DNA from: Terriglobia bacterium
Lineage (GTDB): Bacteria > Acidobacteriota > Terriglobia > 20CM-2-55-15
Direction of reading: 5' to 3'
Assembly: GCA_965198225.1 (NCBI GenBank)
Contig: CBDAOY010000008.1
Coordinates: 512,001-576,000, forward strand
DNA length: 64,000 nt
The notes under the pieces were generated by a model. The model had not been told where the DNA came from. It worked only from the letters and a program-made list of their open reading frames with translations, and did no database searches. Below, one piece after another: positions 19,111 through 29,462 of the stretch. A program made the translations under genes and the position numbers. Every line of letters starts with the position of its first letter. Position 1 is the stretch's first letter.

Positions 19111-20135
19111 TCCTCCGCTTTCATGTGCGAGGCCCGGTAGTGCTCGGCCAGCAAGTCCACGCCGAAGTCGTCGCGGTCCCGCCAGACCGAATGGATATGG
19201 TTGGCGGTGTTCTGGATGTTGTCATATTCGACGATAAACGTCGGCCCCTGGACGCGGTAGTAGTGGCCCTCGCCGGGGGAACTACTTCCCATCCAGGCGA
19301 AACGCATGTTCTCCACGCCGGCCCCTCGGATGTCCCCTAACGCCTTCCTGGCCTCGGCCTGGGGCATGTTGCCGATGTATTCCCGGACCAGGCCGAACAA
19401 CAACCGTTGCTGTCCATCATTCAACTCCGAGACTTTCACACCTTCGTCGTCGAGCCTCTCGTCCCGGTCAGGGTTCATCAAGATGTCTCGCGGGGCTTCG
19501 GCTGCGATCGTTGCTGCCTTCTTCTGGTCTGCATCGAGCGCGCTGTAAAGCTCGCGGGCGAGGTCCTCCTCCCGGCCCAGCGGCCGGAGCCCTTTTTGCG
19601 GGCCTTCTTTGACCTCGGCCGGATTGGCTCCGAAGAATGCCGGCGTGGTCGCAGCGACCTCGCCGTTGTTGACGGTGAAGTTCAACGCCAGGTGGTGCCC
19701 TTCAAAGCGCCAACCCCACTGATCCGTTTCCGACGGGGTGCCGAACACGCTGAAGAAATACAACTCCTCATCGCGCATGGGCCGGCCGTTCTCCTGCTCG
19801 AAGAGAACCTGCTCCAGGCTCATGATCGTAGTCGCCTTGATGAAACCGTTCCGGCTCAGTCCAGATACCAGCATCGCCAGACCCAGTTCACGCTGGAACG
19901 GCTCTATCTCCTTGATCGGCAGACCCTGTCTCTCACGTGGTATGAAATGCCAGTTGAGTCTCTCTTCGTCGCCGAAGTCGAAGGTCGCCTGCTCGCGCTG
20001 TTCGGGCGTCAGCGAGGCGAGGAAAGCGTTCGTCGTCGTCACCATGGTTGGAACGCTCTGCGCCTCGTAGATGGCCGCTGCAGACGCGGACAGCAGGCAC
20101 GCCACGACGATGGCGAGTTTTGTGCTCTGTCTCAT
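19107..20135 (-). CDS. DUF3500-like exported protein
   Basis: Signal peptide, WHFIP, WGWRFEGHHLALNF, YYRVQGP, NHIHSVWRD. Confidence 0.8.
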   Translation of the reverse strand: MRQSTKLAIVVACLLSASAAAIYEAQSVPTMVTTTNAFLASLTPEQREQATFDFGDEERLNWHFIPRERQGLPIKEIEPFQRELGLAMLVSGLSRNGFIKATTIMSLEQVLFEQENGRPMRDEELYFFSVFGTPSETDQWGWRFEGHHLALNFTVNNGEVAATTPAFFGANPAEVKEGPQKGLRPLGREEDLARELYSALDADQKKAATIAAEAPRDILMNPDRDERLDDEGVKVSELNDGQQRLLFGLVREYIGNMPQAEARKALGDIRGAGVENMRFAWMGSSSPGEGHYYRVQGPTFIVEYDNIQNTANHIHSVWRDRDDFGVDLLAEHYRASHMKAEE

Positions 20136-20266
20136 GTTTTACCTCCGGATGGAGAACGAATATACTCGAAATCCGGAACAATGCCCACTGTTCTGTAACG
20201 GGCATTCCTGCGTGAACAATCGGAAACCCCGGCTCTTCAGGCGCCTTCGTCCAGCGTAGAGCTCAT

Positions 20267-21067
20267 ATGATGAAAACCCTGGTTCGGTTGCTGAAGATGC
20301 CGTTTCGGGCGGCGAGAATCCTGACCGCCCTGATACTGCACCCGGATGACGAAGTCGTCGGATTCGATGTTCTGAGAAAGACCGGCAGGGCCGTCTTTCC
20401 GCGCTACCGGTTCAAGTGGCCCCAGATGGACTGGTGGCAGGAGGCGCCGTTCAACGAATACTTAAAGCGGTTCGATGAACTGGACGGCTTGAACACGGAC
20501 CGCCGCTGGATGATGTACCAGTTGATCCGGCTGGTGGATGCGATCCCGGGCGATACCGCGGAATGTGGCGTCTTCCAGGGCGCGGGCTCGTATCTTGTTT
20601 GCCGGATCCTCCAGGCGAGACCGATACCGGAGAGAAAACACTTCATCTTCGACTCGTTCGAAGGCATATCGACACCGTCTGCCAACGATGGTCGCTACTG
20701 GAGCGAGGGTGATCTCTCCGCCGACCTGGATACAGTCCAGGACAACCTGTCGGAGTTTGAGAACATCAGTTTCCACAAGGGCTGGATACCGGAGAGGTTT
20801 CCCGATGTCGAAGATCGAACTTTCTCCTTTGTGCACATCGATGTCGACCTGTTTGAACCCACGCGCGACAGTCTCACGTTCTTCTACCCCCGGATGAACG
20901 ACGGAGGAATCATCCTGTGTGACGACTACGGGTCGAGTTTCTGCCCCGGCGCGACTAGGGCAATCGACGAATACCTGGGTGACAAGCCGGAGAAGATGAT
21001 CTCGCTATCCGGGGGGGGAGGGTTTCTCATCAAGGGTTGCGCCACGGCACGGCCGTACAGAATCTAG
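20267..21067 (+). CDS. TylF/MycF/NovP-type sugar O-methyltransferase
   Basis: GDTAECGVFQG, FDSFEG, KGWIP, VHIDVDL, GGIILCDDY. Confidence 0.88.
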   Translation: MMKTLVRLLKMPFRAARILTALILHPDDEVVGFDVLRKTGRAVFPRYRFKWPQMDWWQEAPFNEYLKRFDELDGLNTDRRWMMYQLIRLVDAIPGDTAECGVFQGAGSYLVCRILQARPIPERKHFIFDSFEGISTPSANDGRYWSEGDLSADLDTVQDNLSEFENISFHKGWIPERFPDVEDRTFSFVHIDVDLFEPTRDSLTFFYPRMNDGGIILCDDYGSSFCPGATRAIDEYLGDKPEKMISLSGGGGFLIKGCATARPYRI

Positions 21068-22216
21068 ATGCCCCGATCCGATACCATCAGAATCCTGCAC
21101 CTGATCACGGGTTTGGACATGGCCGGAACGCAGACCATGCTGATCAAACTGCTCTCCGGAATGGACCGGGAGCGGTTCGAGAATCGCGTCGTTATACTCT
21201 CCGACCACGGACCACTCCGACCGGTCATAGAGGACCTCGGGATTCGCGTTCGATCTCTGAAAGTCGGTCGGGGCGTGCCGAATCCCATGGGACTTGTCCG
21301 CCTGTTGAGAGTTCTTGCCAGCGACCGACCCCAGATCCTGCAAAGCTGGCTCTACCACGCCGACCTCCTGGGCCTGGTCGCGGGAAAGTTGTCCCGTGTT
21401 CCGGCATGCGCCTGGAATGTGCGCGCTTCTGAAATGGACATGAAGCAGTACTCGATGGTTTCCAGAGTTGTCCTCCGCTCACTCGCCTTCCTGTCCCGAT
21501 ATCCGGACGTCGTCGTGGTCAACTCCAACGCGGGTCTCAGGAAACACGAGAGTCTGAATTTTAAGCCTCGACGCTGGCGGATGATCCCGAATGGTTTCGA
21601 CCTGGATCGTTTCCGACCGGACCCTGCCGCCCGCCGCCGCCTACGCGAGGAACTGGGTATCGGCAACGTTTTCCTGATCGGTCTCGTCGCCCGCTACGAC
21701 GCTATGAAGGACCACGCGACTTTCCTGCGGGCAGCAGCCCGGTTGTCGACGACTCTTCCCGCGGTGCGCTATGTCCTTGTCGGTACCGGCGTCGATTCCG
21801 GGAATGATGCGCTGACGGCCCTGATCAGAGAACTGGAACTGTCCGGGCGCGTCGATCTCCTGGGCGAGCGGGGGGACATCCCGTCGATCATGGCCGGCCT
21901 GGACGTTCTGTCGCTGTCTTCTATCGGGGAGGGCTTTCCCAACTGCGTCGGGGAAGCGATGGCCTGCGGCGTTCCCTGTGTGTCGACCGACGTCGGCGAC
22001 GTTGCCGCCATCCTCGGCGACACCGGGCGCGTCGTACCGATTCGTGATCCGGCCGCCATGGCCGCGGCCTGGCTGGAAGTGTACGAGATGACCCCCGATG
22101 AACGTTTGGGATTGGGCCTTGCGGCCCGCAGGCGAATCCAGGATTCGTTCAGCCTGCCCTCCGTTGTCGGGCGGTACGAGGGTCTGTACCAAGAGCTGGC
22201 AACCAAGAACATTTGA
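21068..22216 (+). CDS. Glycosyltransferase family 4
   Basis: LHLITGL, QSWLYHAD, IPNGFD, EGFPNCVGEAMACG. Confidence 0.92.
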   Translation: MPRSDTIRILHLITGLDMAGTQTMLIKLLSGMDRERFENRVVILSDHGPLRPVIEDLGIRVRSLKVGRGVPNPMGLVRLLRVLASDRPQILQSWLYHADLLGLVAGKLSRVPACAWNVRASEMDMKQYSMVSRVVLRSLAFLSRYPDVVVVNSNAGLRKHESLNFKPRRWRMIPNGFDLDRFRPDPAARRRLREELGIGNVFLIGLVARYDAMKDHATFLRAAARLSTTLPAVRYVLVGTGVDSGNDALTALIRELELSGRVDLLGERGDIPSIMAGLDVLSLSSIGEGFPNCVGEAMACGVPCVSTDVGDVAAILGDTGRVVPIRDPAAMAAAWLEVYEMTPDERLGLGLAARRRIQDSFSLPSVVGRYEGLYQELATKNI

Positions 22217-22240
22217 AGTGTTCTTAGTCGGCGATCTACC

Positions 22241-22360
22241 GTCAGGCATCAGCGATCGGCTGTCAGCGTGAGCGCTTCAGCTGCTTCGGAAACGGGACGA
22301 TAGTCCCATCCATTTGAGCTGATCGCTGAAAGCTGAAAGCTGATCGCTGTTTGATCCTGA
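22241..22360. repeat. Heptamer-armed inverted repeat with central GGGACGATAGTCCCAT core
   Basis: tcagcga/tcagc-type arms vs gctgatc/gctgaaa arms; core at 22294-22309; between convergent genes. Confidence 0.75.
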
Positions 22361-22379
22361 GCGCCTGAGAACAAAACTC

Positions 22380-23711
22380 TCAAACTTGAGGATCAAGCGG
22401 TTGGAGTCTTCCCGACCTCTCTTGTATCTCGCTTCTGACGTTGGAGGCCACGTCTCGACCGCTGAGGATCGAATCCTCCATCGAGTAGTAGTCCCACTTG
22501 CCATAACGGCCAGCGGGGAAGATGTCCATCGATTCAAGATAACCGCTGAGTTTGTCGAGATGACACTGCCGATGGCGGTCGAAAATGACATAGGCAAAGG
22601 GGATGTCGATGGTCTGGCGAGTCAGGACGGCGTCGCCCTGTCTGAGGATTCCGCACCGGCGAAGATCGTCGAGGGCCTGCTCGCAGGCTCCTTCCAGGTG
22701 CGGCGTCCGCCCGGGCAGGTGGGTGATTTCGATATACATCGACGACGTACCTTCGGGAGCCACCGAGGATGAGAAATTCGTGGGAAACCCGACGCGCGAA
22801 AAGATGAACTCATCTTCGGGAAAGTAGATCCAGTGCTTGTCGCTGACGTGGGGGCGGTCCACTCCGATGTTGATATCGAGCACAGAGACCGCTCGAAGGC
22901 CTCGCGCGGCCTCACGCAGGTCGTCGGGGCTCTCCCCCAGCAGTTCGTAGACCTTCGGCAGAGGGATCGTCGTCAGGAGGTAGTCGTAAGGCTCCTCGTG
23001 GCCGTCGGCGAAGTGGGCGACCTTCTTCTTCGCATCGATCGATTTCAGTTCGCAGCCGGTCTGAACGGGACCGAGCGACGCCGCCAGCGCGTTGGGAAGA
23101 CAGTCGATACCGCCGTTTTTGGGATAGGAGAAGCTCGGGTTGTACCCCATTCGCTCGTTCGTGACACCGAGTGCTCCGTTGACTACTTCTTCCAGACTCG
23201 GTTTCGGTATCGCCCAGCTCACCCAATCGGACGTGATTTCCCGGAGATCCGTCTTCCAGAATTTCTCGTTGTAGGGGAGCATGAAATGCTTCGCGATCCC
23301 GGCGCCAAAGGTCTTCAACGTCCACTCGTGAAAGTTCGAGGGTTGGGTGGAGTTTCCGTCCAGGCTTTCGATGAAGCCTATGAGGCACTCCCGCACCGTT
23401 TCCGGCGGCAGTCCATGGGTGTTCGCCTGGAAAGGGTAGGGGGTAAGAGTCGATTTCGAGTAGATCGCAGCCTTGCGTTCCAGCCGGGCGAGCGTGTCGG
23501 GAAGAATGCGGTCGATCAGCTCCTTCGTGTAGGGATCCTTGAGATGAATGAGGTGTCCGGTCACGTCGAACGTAAAACCGTCCTGCTCGAAGGAGCGGCA
23601 GATTCCGCCGATGACTTCTTCCTTCTCGAAGATGCGGGGTTCGAATTCCTGGAGATGAAAACCGGCACTTAGACCTGCCAGGCCGCTTCCGATGACGACG
23701 ATCTTTTCCAT
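22380..23711 (-). CDS. FAD-dependent oxidoreductase (protoporphyrinogen oxidase / UDP-galactopyranose mutase-like fold)
   Basis: GSGLAGL, GGICRS, FDVTGH, PYNEKFW, GRYGKWDY; inside the glycan locus. Confidence 0.75.
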   Translation of the reverse strand: MEKIVVIGSGLAGLSAGFHLQEFEPRIFEKEEVIGGICRSFEQDGFTFDVTGHLIHLKDPYTKELIDRILPDTLARLERKAAIYSKSTLTPYPFQANTHGLPPETVRECLIGFIESLDGNSTQPSNFHEWTLKTFGAGIAKHFMLPYNEKFWKTDLREITSDWVSWAIPKPSLEEVVNGALGVTNERMGYNPSFSYPKNGGIDCLPNALAASLGPVQTGCELKSIDAKKKVAHFADGHEEPYDYLLTTIPLPKVYELLGESPDDLREAARGLRAVSVLDINIGVDRPHVSDKHWIYFPEDEFIFSRVGFPTNFSSSVAPEGTSSMYIEITHLPGRTPHLEGACEQALDDLRRCGILRQGDAVLTRQTIDIPFAYVIFDRHRQCHLDKLSGYLESMDIFPAGRYGKWDYYSMEDSILSGRDVASNVRSEIQERSGRLQPLDPQV

Positions 23712-23714
23712 GGT

Positions 23715-24770
23715 TCAGAAGGGAGCGTTGCGTGAACCGGCGCCACCGTACAGCGCTTCACGTTCCCGGACCGGCCGGGATCCCATTTCGACCTTGATCA
23801 ACAGATAGGCGGTGATCAGGGCCATCGCCACCATTCCCAGCAACACGGAAATCGCCCAGACGAGTTCAACCCGGCTCATGACGAGAGCCGCCGCACCGAT
23901 GAAGCCAGCAGCCGCGTAGGTTATCACTGCGACCTGACGAACCGAGAAATTGCATCGAAGCAGCCGCAACGCGAAATGATCGGGACTCCCGCGAGTGATC
24001 GGGATGCCCTTGCACCATCGGACAAACATGACGAGCGCCAGGTCGAAAAGCGGCACGCCGAGGATGAGCACCGGGCTGATCACCGCAAGGAGGTTGACTC
24101 TGGTGTAGCCGGCGTTCATCGATAGCGACGCCAGCATGAAGCCGAGAAACAGACTTCCGGCGTCTCCCAGGTAGATTCGCGCCGGATTGAAGTTGTGTCG
24201 GAGAAAGCCCAGCGTCGCGCCGGCCAGGACGAAGCACAGGAGGGCGAACGAGACTCGGCCTGCCATCAGGTTCGCGGCTGCGAGCAAGAGGGCGGCGATG
24301 GCGGCAACGCCAGCCGCCAGCCCGTCGAGCACATCGATGATGTTGAAGGCGTTCGTGACGGCCAGTACCCACAACACCGTCAGAGGCAGGGCCAGATAGA
24401 CGGGAAGGAATTCGAGTTTGATGAATATCCCGGATTTTACCAGCACCAGGGCCGCCAGCGTCTGACCGAGGAGCTTCTGCGAGGGGGAGATCACCCCGAA
24501 GTCATCGATGAGGCCGACCATGAGCACGATCGTTCCCGACAACAGAAGTCCGAGCGTCTCCTGCTCGAAGTCGGTCAGCACGCCGACAGTCAGGAGAAAC
24601 GAGATGAATATAGCGAGGCCGCCCAGGTACGGAACCGCCGACGCGTGTGCCTTCAAGTTCCCGTCCGGCTGGTCGACGATCCCCAGTTGGAGCGCCGCTC
24701 TCTTCATAACGGGCGTCCAGTAAAGCCCGAACACGAAACCCATCAAGACTGCTGCGACGAAGGTGATCAT
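23715..24770 (-). CDS. MraY/WecA-family undecaprenyl-phosphate sugar-1-P transferase
   Basis: PYLGGLAI, GLIDD, NAFNIIDVLDGL, NFNPARIYLGDAGS. Confidence 0.9.
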   Translation of the reverse strand: MITFVAAVLMGFVFGLYWTPVMKRAALQLGIVDQPDGNLKAHASAVPYLGGLAIFISFLLTVGVLTDFEQETLGLLLSGTIVLMVGLIDDFGVISPSQKLLGQTLAALVLVKSGIFIKLEFLPVYLALPLTVLWVLAVTNAFNIIDVLDGLAAGVAAIAALLLAAANLMAGRVSFALLCFVLAGATLGFLRHNFNPARIYLGDAGSLFLGFMLASLSMNAGYTRVNLLAVISPVLILGVPLFDLALVMFVRWCKGIPITRGSPDHFALRLLRCNFSVRQVAVITYAAAGFIGAAALVMSRVELVWAISVLLGMVAMALITAYLLIKVEMGSRPVREREALYGGAGSRNAPF

Positions 24771-26095
24771 AGAGCCGCCAGACACTTACGGTATGTTTCT
24801 TCGAGCCTGGCTTGAGACGTCCCGATCTCGAATTCCGAGACCCCCTTCCGACCCGCTGAGCCCATCGAGTCGCGCAGCTCCGGCTCGGAAACCAGCTTGA
24901 CGATCGATCGAGCCATGGCCGTCACGTCATGTGTTCGGTGGAGGTAGCCCGATTCGCCGTCGGAGACGGCTTCTCGGGCCCCGTCGACGTCGGTGGCCAC
25001 GATGGGAAGACCGTTGGCCATCCCCTCGGAGAAGACCCGCGGAAGGCCCTCCCACAGAGATGTCAGGATCAGGATGTCCAGGTTACGGTAAACCTCCGGC
25101 ATATCCCGTTGCCATCCGAGCAGAGTCATATCGGAACCGATGCCCCGATCGCGGATGCGCTGTTCGACTTCAGGCCGGAGCTCACCGTCTCCCACCATGA
25201 CGAAATGAGCGTCTTCTGTTTGAGCCCGGACATTGGCGGCCACGTCGACGAAATCCGTCGGACATTTTTGCGTCTTGAAACATGCCACCATTCCCACGAC
25301 CACCTTGTCGGCAGGCACTCCCCATTCCTTCAGCTTTCCCCGTCGTGGTGCCGCTGCCATGAAATCATCCAGCGAGATGGCGGACCGGCACAGGTCCCAC
25401 TGGCCGGGCTCGAAAATGCCTTCTTCCTCTCCGGTTCTTGCGTTGGAAAGCGACACGACCACGAATCGCGTCGTGATGGGCTTGGTGATACGCTCCAGCA
25501 GGATGTAGAGGCGTCGGACCAACGGTGGCTGTTGGTCGTTGAAACCGAACCCGTGGGCGGTGTGGATGATGACCGGCACTCCGGCCAGCCAGGCCGCCCA
25601 CCGACCGAGGATCCCCGCCTTCGAGCTGTGCGTGTGTACGATGTCGGGCCCTTCGCGTCGCATCACGGAATAGAGCTTCCACAGTGCCCGGATATCCTTC
25701 CAGGGACGAATCTCGCGCACCAGGGAAGGGATCCAGAAGACATCGACATCCGGGATACGCGTCGCATCGTCGTCCATCGCGCCGTCACACCCGCTGATCA
25801 GACCCAGTTCATATTCTTCGCGCGGCAGCAGCTCCAGCGTCACCAGGGTATTCTTCTGCGCGCCCCCAAGCTCCAGCTTCGTGATGACGTGGAAGATCTT
25901 CCGCTTCGCCGTGGGCGGCCCGCCCTCGAAAGCCAGCTCGCCCTGGACCGGCCGCCCGGTTCCGGGAACTTTTTCGGACCATTCTTTGATCTGTGACATC
26001 ATCCGCACCCGTGCCGGAACCCGCATCACGTCTTTCGGACCGCTCGCTCCGGTTCCGCCAAGTCCCTCTATTCTGAATTCGGGACGAGCAATCAT
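24767..26095 (-). CDS. Glycosyltransferase family 4 (start uncertain, possibly ~26000)
   Basis: ITKLELGGAQ, HTHSSKAG, HTAHG, WEGLPRVFSEGM. Confidence 0.9.
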   Translation of the reverse strand: MIARPEFRIEGLGGTGASGPKDVMRVPARVRMMSQIKEWSEKVPGTGRPVQGELAFEGGPPTAKRKIFHVITKLELGGAQKNTLVTLELLPREEYELGLISGCDGAMDDDATRIPDVDVFWIPSLVREIRPWKDIRALWKLYSVMRREGPDIVHTHSSKAGILGRWAAWLAGVPVIIHTAHGFGFNDQQPPLVRRLYILLERITKPITTRFVVVSLSNARTGEEEGIFEPGQWDLCRSAISLDDFMAAAPRRGKLKEWGVPADKVVVGMVACFKTQKCPTDFVDVAANVRAQTEDAHFVMVGDGELRPEVEQRIRDRGIGSDMTLLGWQRDMPEVYRNLDILILTSLWEGLPRVFSEGMANGLPIVATDVDGAREAVSDGESGYLHRTHDVTAMARSIVKLVSEPELRDSMGSAGRKGVSEFEIGTSQARLEETYRKCLAAL

Positions 26096-26166
26096 CCAGA
26101 CATTTTGGCAACTGCAGTTTCTTTGTCGGTGCGCGCGCGTGTCGCCGGCTATATTCTAGAGGCCTA

Positions 26167-28140
26167 ATGTGTGGAGTTAACGGAAAGATACGCTTCAGCG
26201 GTGGGGTAGGGGAACCGGACATCGTCCGGATGAATGCGGCGATACGCCATCGCGGTCCGGACGACGAGAGCGTCTTTGTATCCGAGGACGGTTGCGTCGG
26301 GCTCGGTCTGACCCGACTGGCCATCATCGACCTGTCCCCCCTGGGACGACAGCCGATGAGCTACCTGGATCGCTATTGGATCGTCTTCAACGGTGAAATA
26401 TACAACTTCGCCGAACTCCGGGCAGATCTGGAAAAGGACGGATACTCGTTCCGATCGAAGACCGACACCGAGGTGATCCTCGCGTTGTACGACAAGCACC
26501 GTGAAGGATGTCTCGACTATCTTCGAGGGATGTTCGGACTGGCGATCTACGATAGCCACGAGAAGACTCTGTTCTGCGCCAGGGACCGTGTCGGAAAGAA
26601 GCCGTTCAAGTTCTACCTGGATGAGGATGTCTTCGTTTTTTCCTCCGAGCTCAAAGCGATACTCACTCAACCCGAGTACGAAAAGACGCCCGATTACACC
26701 GCGATTCACCATTACCTGACGTTTTTCTACTGTCCCGCACCCCGGACCGGCTTCGCAGGAATACAAAAGCTGGAGCCCGGCCACTACCTGCACATCCATA
26801 TCCCTACTCGAACCATACGTAAGGAAAGGTATTGGCGGCTGGACTACTCGGACCAGCTGGATCTATCTGAAGGCGAATGGTGCGAGAGGATCCGTCAGAA
26901 GCTGGATGAAGCGGTCCGCCTGCGGATGGTGTCCGACGTCCCGATCGGCGCCTTCCTGTCTGGCGGTGTAGATTCGAGCGCGGTCGTGGCGCTCATGAGC
27001 CGCGCCTCCGGACGGCGCATCAAGACGTTCTCGATCGGTTTTGACGACGCCGAATTCACCGAAGTGGAGTACGCGAGGATGGTCGCCGAGATGTACGACA
27101 CGGACCACACGGAGTTCGAAGTCCATTCTCGTTCCATCGAGGTGCTGCCCGACATCGTCAGGCACTTCGAGGAACCCTACGCCGACGACAGCGCGCTGCC
27201 AACCTACTACCTCTGCAAGCTCGCCCGAGAGCACGTGACCGTCGCGCTGAACGGTGACGGAGGTGACGAGTGCTTCGCAGGCTACCGGCGCTACAAGTTT
27301 CTACGGCTGACTCTGCGCTACGACAAGCTCATGCCGCTGCACAGGCACGTCGGTATGCCGGTGGCCGGCGCCCTGGCCCGAGCGACGGGGAAGACGTTCT
27401 TCCACAAGCTGTACCGCTACGGACGGAGGCTGTCTGCCGACCCCATCGAGCGTTACATCAGCATCATCAACTGTTTCGACAACGAAACGAAACCATTGCT
27501 CTACGGAGCCGACTTCAGGGATTTCGTCGATACCTCGGACAGTTATGACTTGATCCGGGACCAATTTCGAGCGGCCGGCGTCGATGAGATTCTCGACCAG
27601 ATGCTCTACACCGACTTCGCCACCTACCTGCCCGACGATCTCATGGCGAAGGTGGACATCAACAGCATGGCCGTGTCGCTGGAAGGCCGATCGCCCTTCC
27701 TCGATCACGAGTTTGTGGAACTGGCTGCGCGGGTCCCGGTTTCACTCAAACTGCGGGGAATCAATTCGTCGAAGTACATACTGAAGAAAGCGCTGAAGGG
27801 CCTCGTACCTGACCCGATCCTGAGACGTGGAAAGATGGGTTTTGGCACGCCTATGGCGCCATGGTTGCGCGGCGACCTGGCTCCGTTTGCGAGGGAAACT
27901 CTCCTGTCGACGAGAGCCGTCGACCGGATGCTGTTCGATCCGAGCTTCGTGACGAAGCTGATCGACACTCATGTCAGCGGCCATCGGGATCATTCCCGTC
28001 TCATCTGGGCGCTCTTGACGCTGGAGATATGGTTTCAGGAATACTTCGATCGCCCGGACGCGGGTGACGAGGGCTGGTTCAGCTGGGCCGCCCCACACCC
28101 TCTGAGTTCTGCCACGGGCTGCAAGACTTCCTCTGGATGA
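26167..28140 (+). CDS. asnB: Asparagine synthase (glutamine-hydrolysing)-like amidotransferase, probably sugar-modifying
   Basis: MCG, HRGPD, FNGEIYNF, FLSGGVDSS, GDGGDECFAGY; context in glycan locus. Confidence 0.9.
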   Translation: MCGVNGKIRFSGGVGEPDIVRMNAAIRHRGPDDESVFVSEDGCVGLGLTRLAIIDLSPLGRQPMSYLDRYWIVFNGEIYNFAELRADLEKDGYSFRSKTDTEVILALYDKHREGCLDYLRGMFGLAIYDSHEKTLFCARDRVGKKPFKFYLDEDVFVFSSELKAILTQPEYEKTPDYTAIHHYLTFFYCPAPRTGFAGIQKLEPGHYLHIHIPTRTIRKERYWRLDYSDQLDLSEGEWCERIRQKLDEAVRLRMVSDVPIGAFLSGGVDSSAVVALMSRASGRRIKTFSIGFDDAEFTEVEYARMVAEMYDTDHTEFEVHSRSIEVLPDIVRHFEEPYADDSALPTYYLCKLAREHVTVALNGDGGDECFAGYRRYKFLRLTLRYDKLMPLHRHVGMPVAGALARATGKTFFHKLYRYGRRLSADPIERYISIINCFDNETKPLLYGADFRDFVDTSDSYDLIRDQFRAAGVDEILDQMLYTDFATYLPDDLMAKVDINSMAVSLEGRSPFLDHEFVELAARVPVSLKLRGINSSKYILKKALKGLVPDPILRRGKMGFGTPMAPWLRGDLAPFARETLLSTRAVDRMLFDPSFVTKLIDTHVSGHRDHSRLIWALLTLEIWFQEYFDRPDAGDEGWFSWAAPHPLSSATGCKTSSG

Positions 28141-28316
28141 CACAACCGACCAAGATCCTCTTATTCATGCCGAACCTTGCCGGCGGAGGCGCCGAGCGGG
28201 TTGCCCTCAACCTGTCCCGAGAGTTTGGGCGGCGGGGTGTCGGTGTCCTGTTCGTGATCCTCGAAAACCGAATCGGGGACCGCTACCTCGAGACGATCCT
28301 GGGTGGTCCGGTTTGA
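28137..28316 (+). pseudogene. Internally deleted GT4 paralog (59 aa)
   Basis: MTQPTKILLFMPNLAGGGAERVALNLSREFGRRGVGVLFVILENRIGDRYLETILGGPV matches both termini of the next gene. Confidence 0.8.
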
Positions 28317-29458
28317 AAGGAACACGAACAGGCATTCAACCCGGCTTGAAAGCTCTCTTCTTCCTGCCGAACCTCGGTGGAGGCGGGACCGAACGCGTTG
28401 CGATCAATCTCGCAAAGGAATTCCGACGCCGTGGGGTCGCTGTGAAGTTCGTGATCCTGGAGGACAGGATCGAGCTGGACGTTGATCGAGGGCACGTGGT
28501 CTTGATCGGTGTGGGAAAGTCCAGAACGACTCTGATGCGGCCGCTCTACTGGGTCGGCAGCATCATGGGATTGCGCCGTGTCCTGGAGGCGGAAGCCCCC
28601 GACGCGTTGGTGAGTTTCCTGACCGGGCCGAACTACATGGCGAGCATCGCGCGTTGCTTCAGCCGGATTCCGCGGTTGGTTCTCAGCGAGCGGTGCGTCG
28701 TTTCCACCGACCTGGGCGGATGGATCTGGCGTCTGGTCCAGATCTCGATCTGGCTGGTCTATCGTTCCGCTGACACGATAATCGTCAATTCCGAAGAAAT
28801 TGGCCGGGACCTGCAGAAGCTTGGTGTGCGGTCGGAGAAGATCGTGAGGGTGCCGAACCCCGCGGACCTGGAACAGATCCAGAGTCTCGGCGCCGCGCCT
28901 ATCGCGGAATGGGACAGGCTGTATTCGCGTCCGGCTATCTGTGCGGTCGGACGTCTGGAAGAGGAGAAAGGGTACCCGTATCTTCTACGTGCGTTCGAGA
29001 TGCTCGACAACAGAGACATCCACCTCATCATCCTGGGCAAAGGGGAAGACGAGGCGAAGCTGAAGCGCCTGGCGGTTGACCTGAGAGTCGAGGATCGCGT
29101 CTTCTTCGTCGGCTTTCAGACGAATCCATACCGGTTCATCAAACACGCGTCCCTGCTGGTGCTTTCGTCGCTCTGGGAGGGCCAGCCCAACGTCTTGATC
29201 GAAGCGCTCGCACTGGGTACGCCCATCGTCGCCACGGACTGTTCCAGCAGCATCCGTGAGGTGTTGGGGAAAGGTGAATTCGGTGTGATCATACCAAGCG
29301 GCGACGCACGCCTTCTGAGCGACGCAATTGGTGACGTTCTGGAGGGCCGGGCGCGATTCGACCGCGAGGCTCTCGTGTCTCGTGCCTCGGAGTTTGCGAT
29401 GGAGAAGATCGGGACTCGGTACGGAGAAGTAGTCTTCGGTCCTTCGAGCGTCGGCTGA
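28313..29458 (+). CDS. Glycosyltransferase family 4
   Basis: GGGTER, VGRLEEEKG, GFQTNPY, WEGQPNVLIEALALG; TTG start. Confidence 0.9.
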   Translation: MKGTRTGIQPGLKALFFLPNLGGGGTERVAINLAKEFRRRGVAVKFVILEDRIELDVDRGHVVLIGVGKSRTTLMRPLYWVGSIMGLRRVLEAEAPDALVSFLTGPNYMASIARCFSRIPRLVLSERCVVSTDLGGWIWRLVQISIWLVYRSADTIIVNSEEIGRDLQKLGVRSEKIVRVPNPADLEQIQSLGAAPIAEWDRLYSRPAICAVGRLEEEKGYPYLLRAFEMLDNRDIHLIILGKGEDEAKLKRLAVDLRVEDRVFFVGFQTNPYRFIKHASLLVLSSLWEGQPNVLIEALALGTPIVATDCSSSIREVLGKGEFGVIIPSGDARLLSDAIGDVLEGRARFDREALVSRASEFAMEKIGTRYGEVVFGPSSVG

Positions 29459-29462
29459 TGGA

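Noticed and set aside
28314-28316. UGA of the short GT remnant as selenocysteine
   Set aside because: No Cys-equivalent position; it is a normal stop overlapping the next TTG start.
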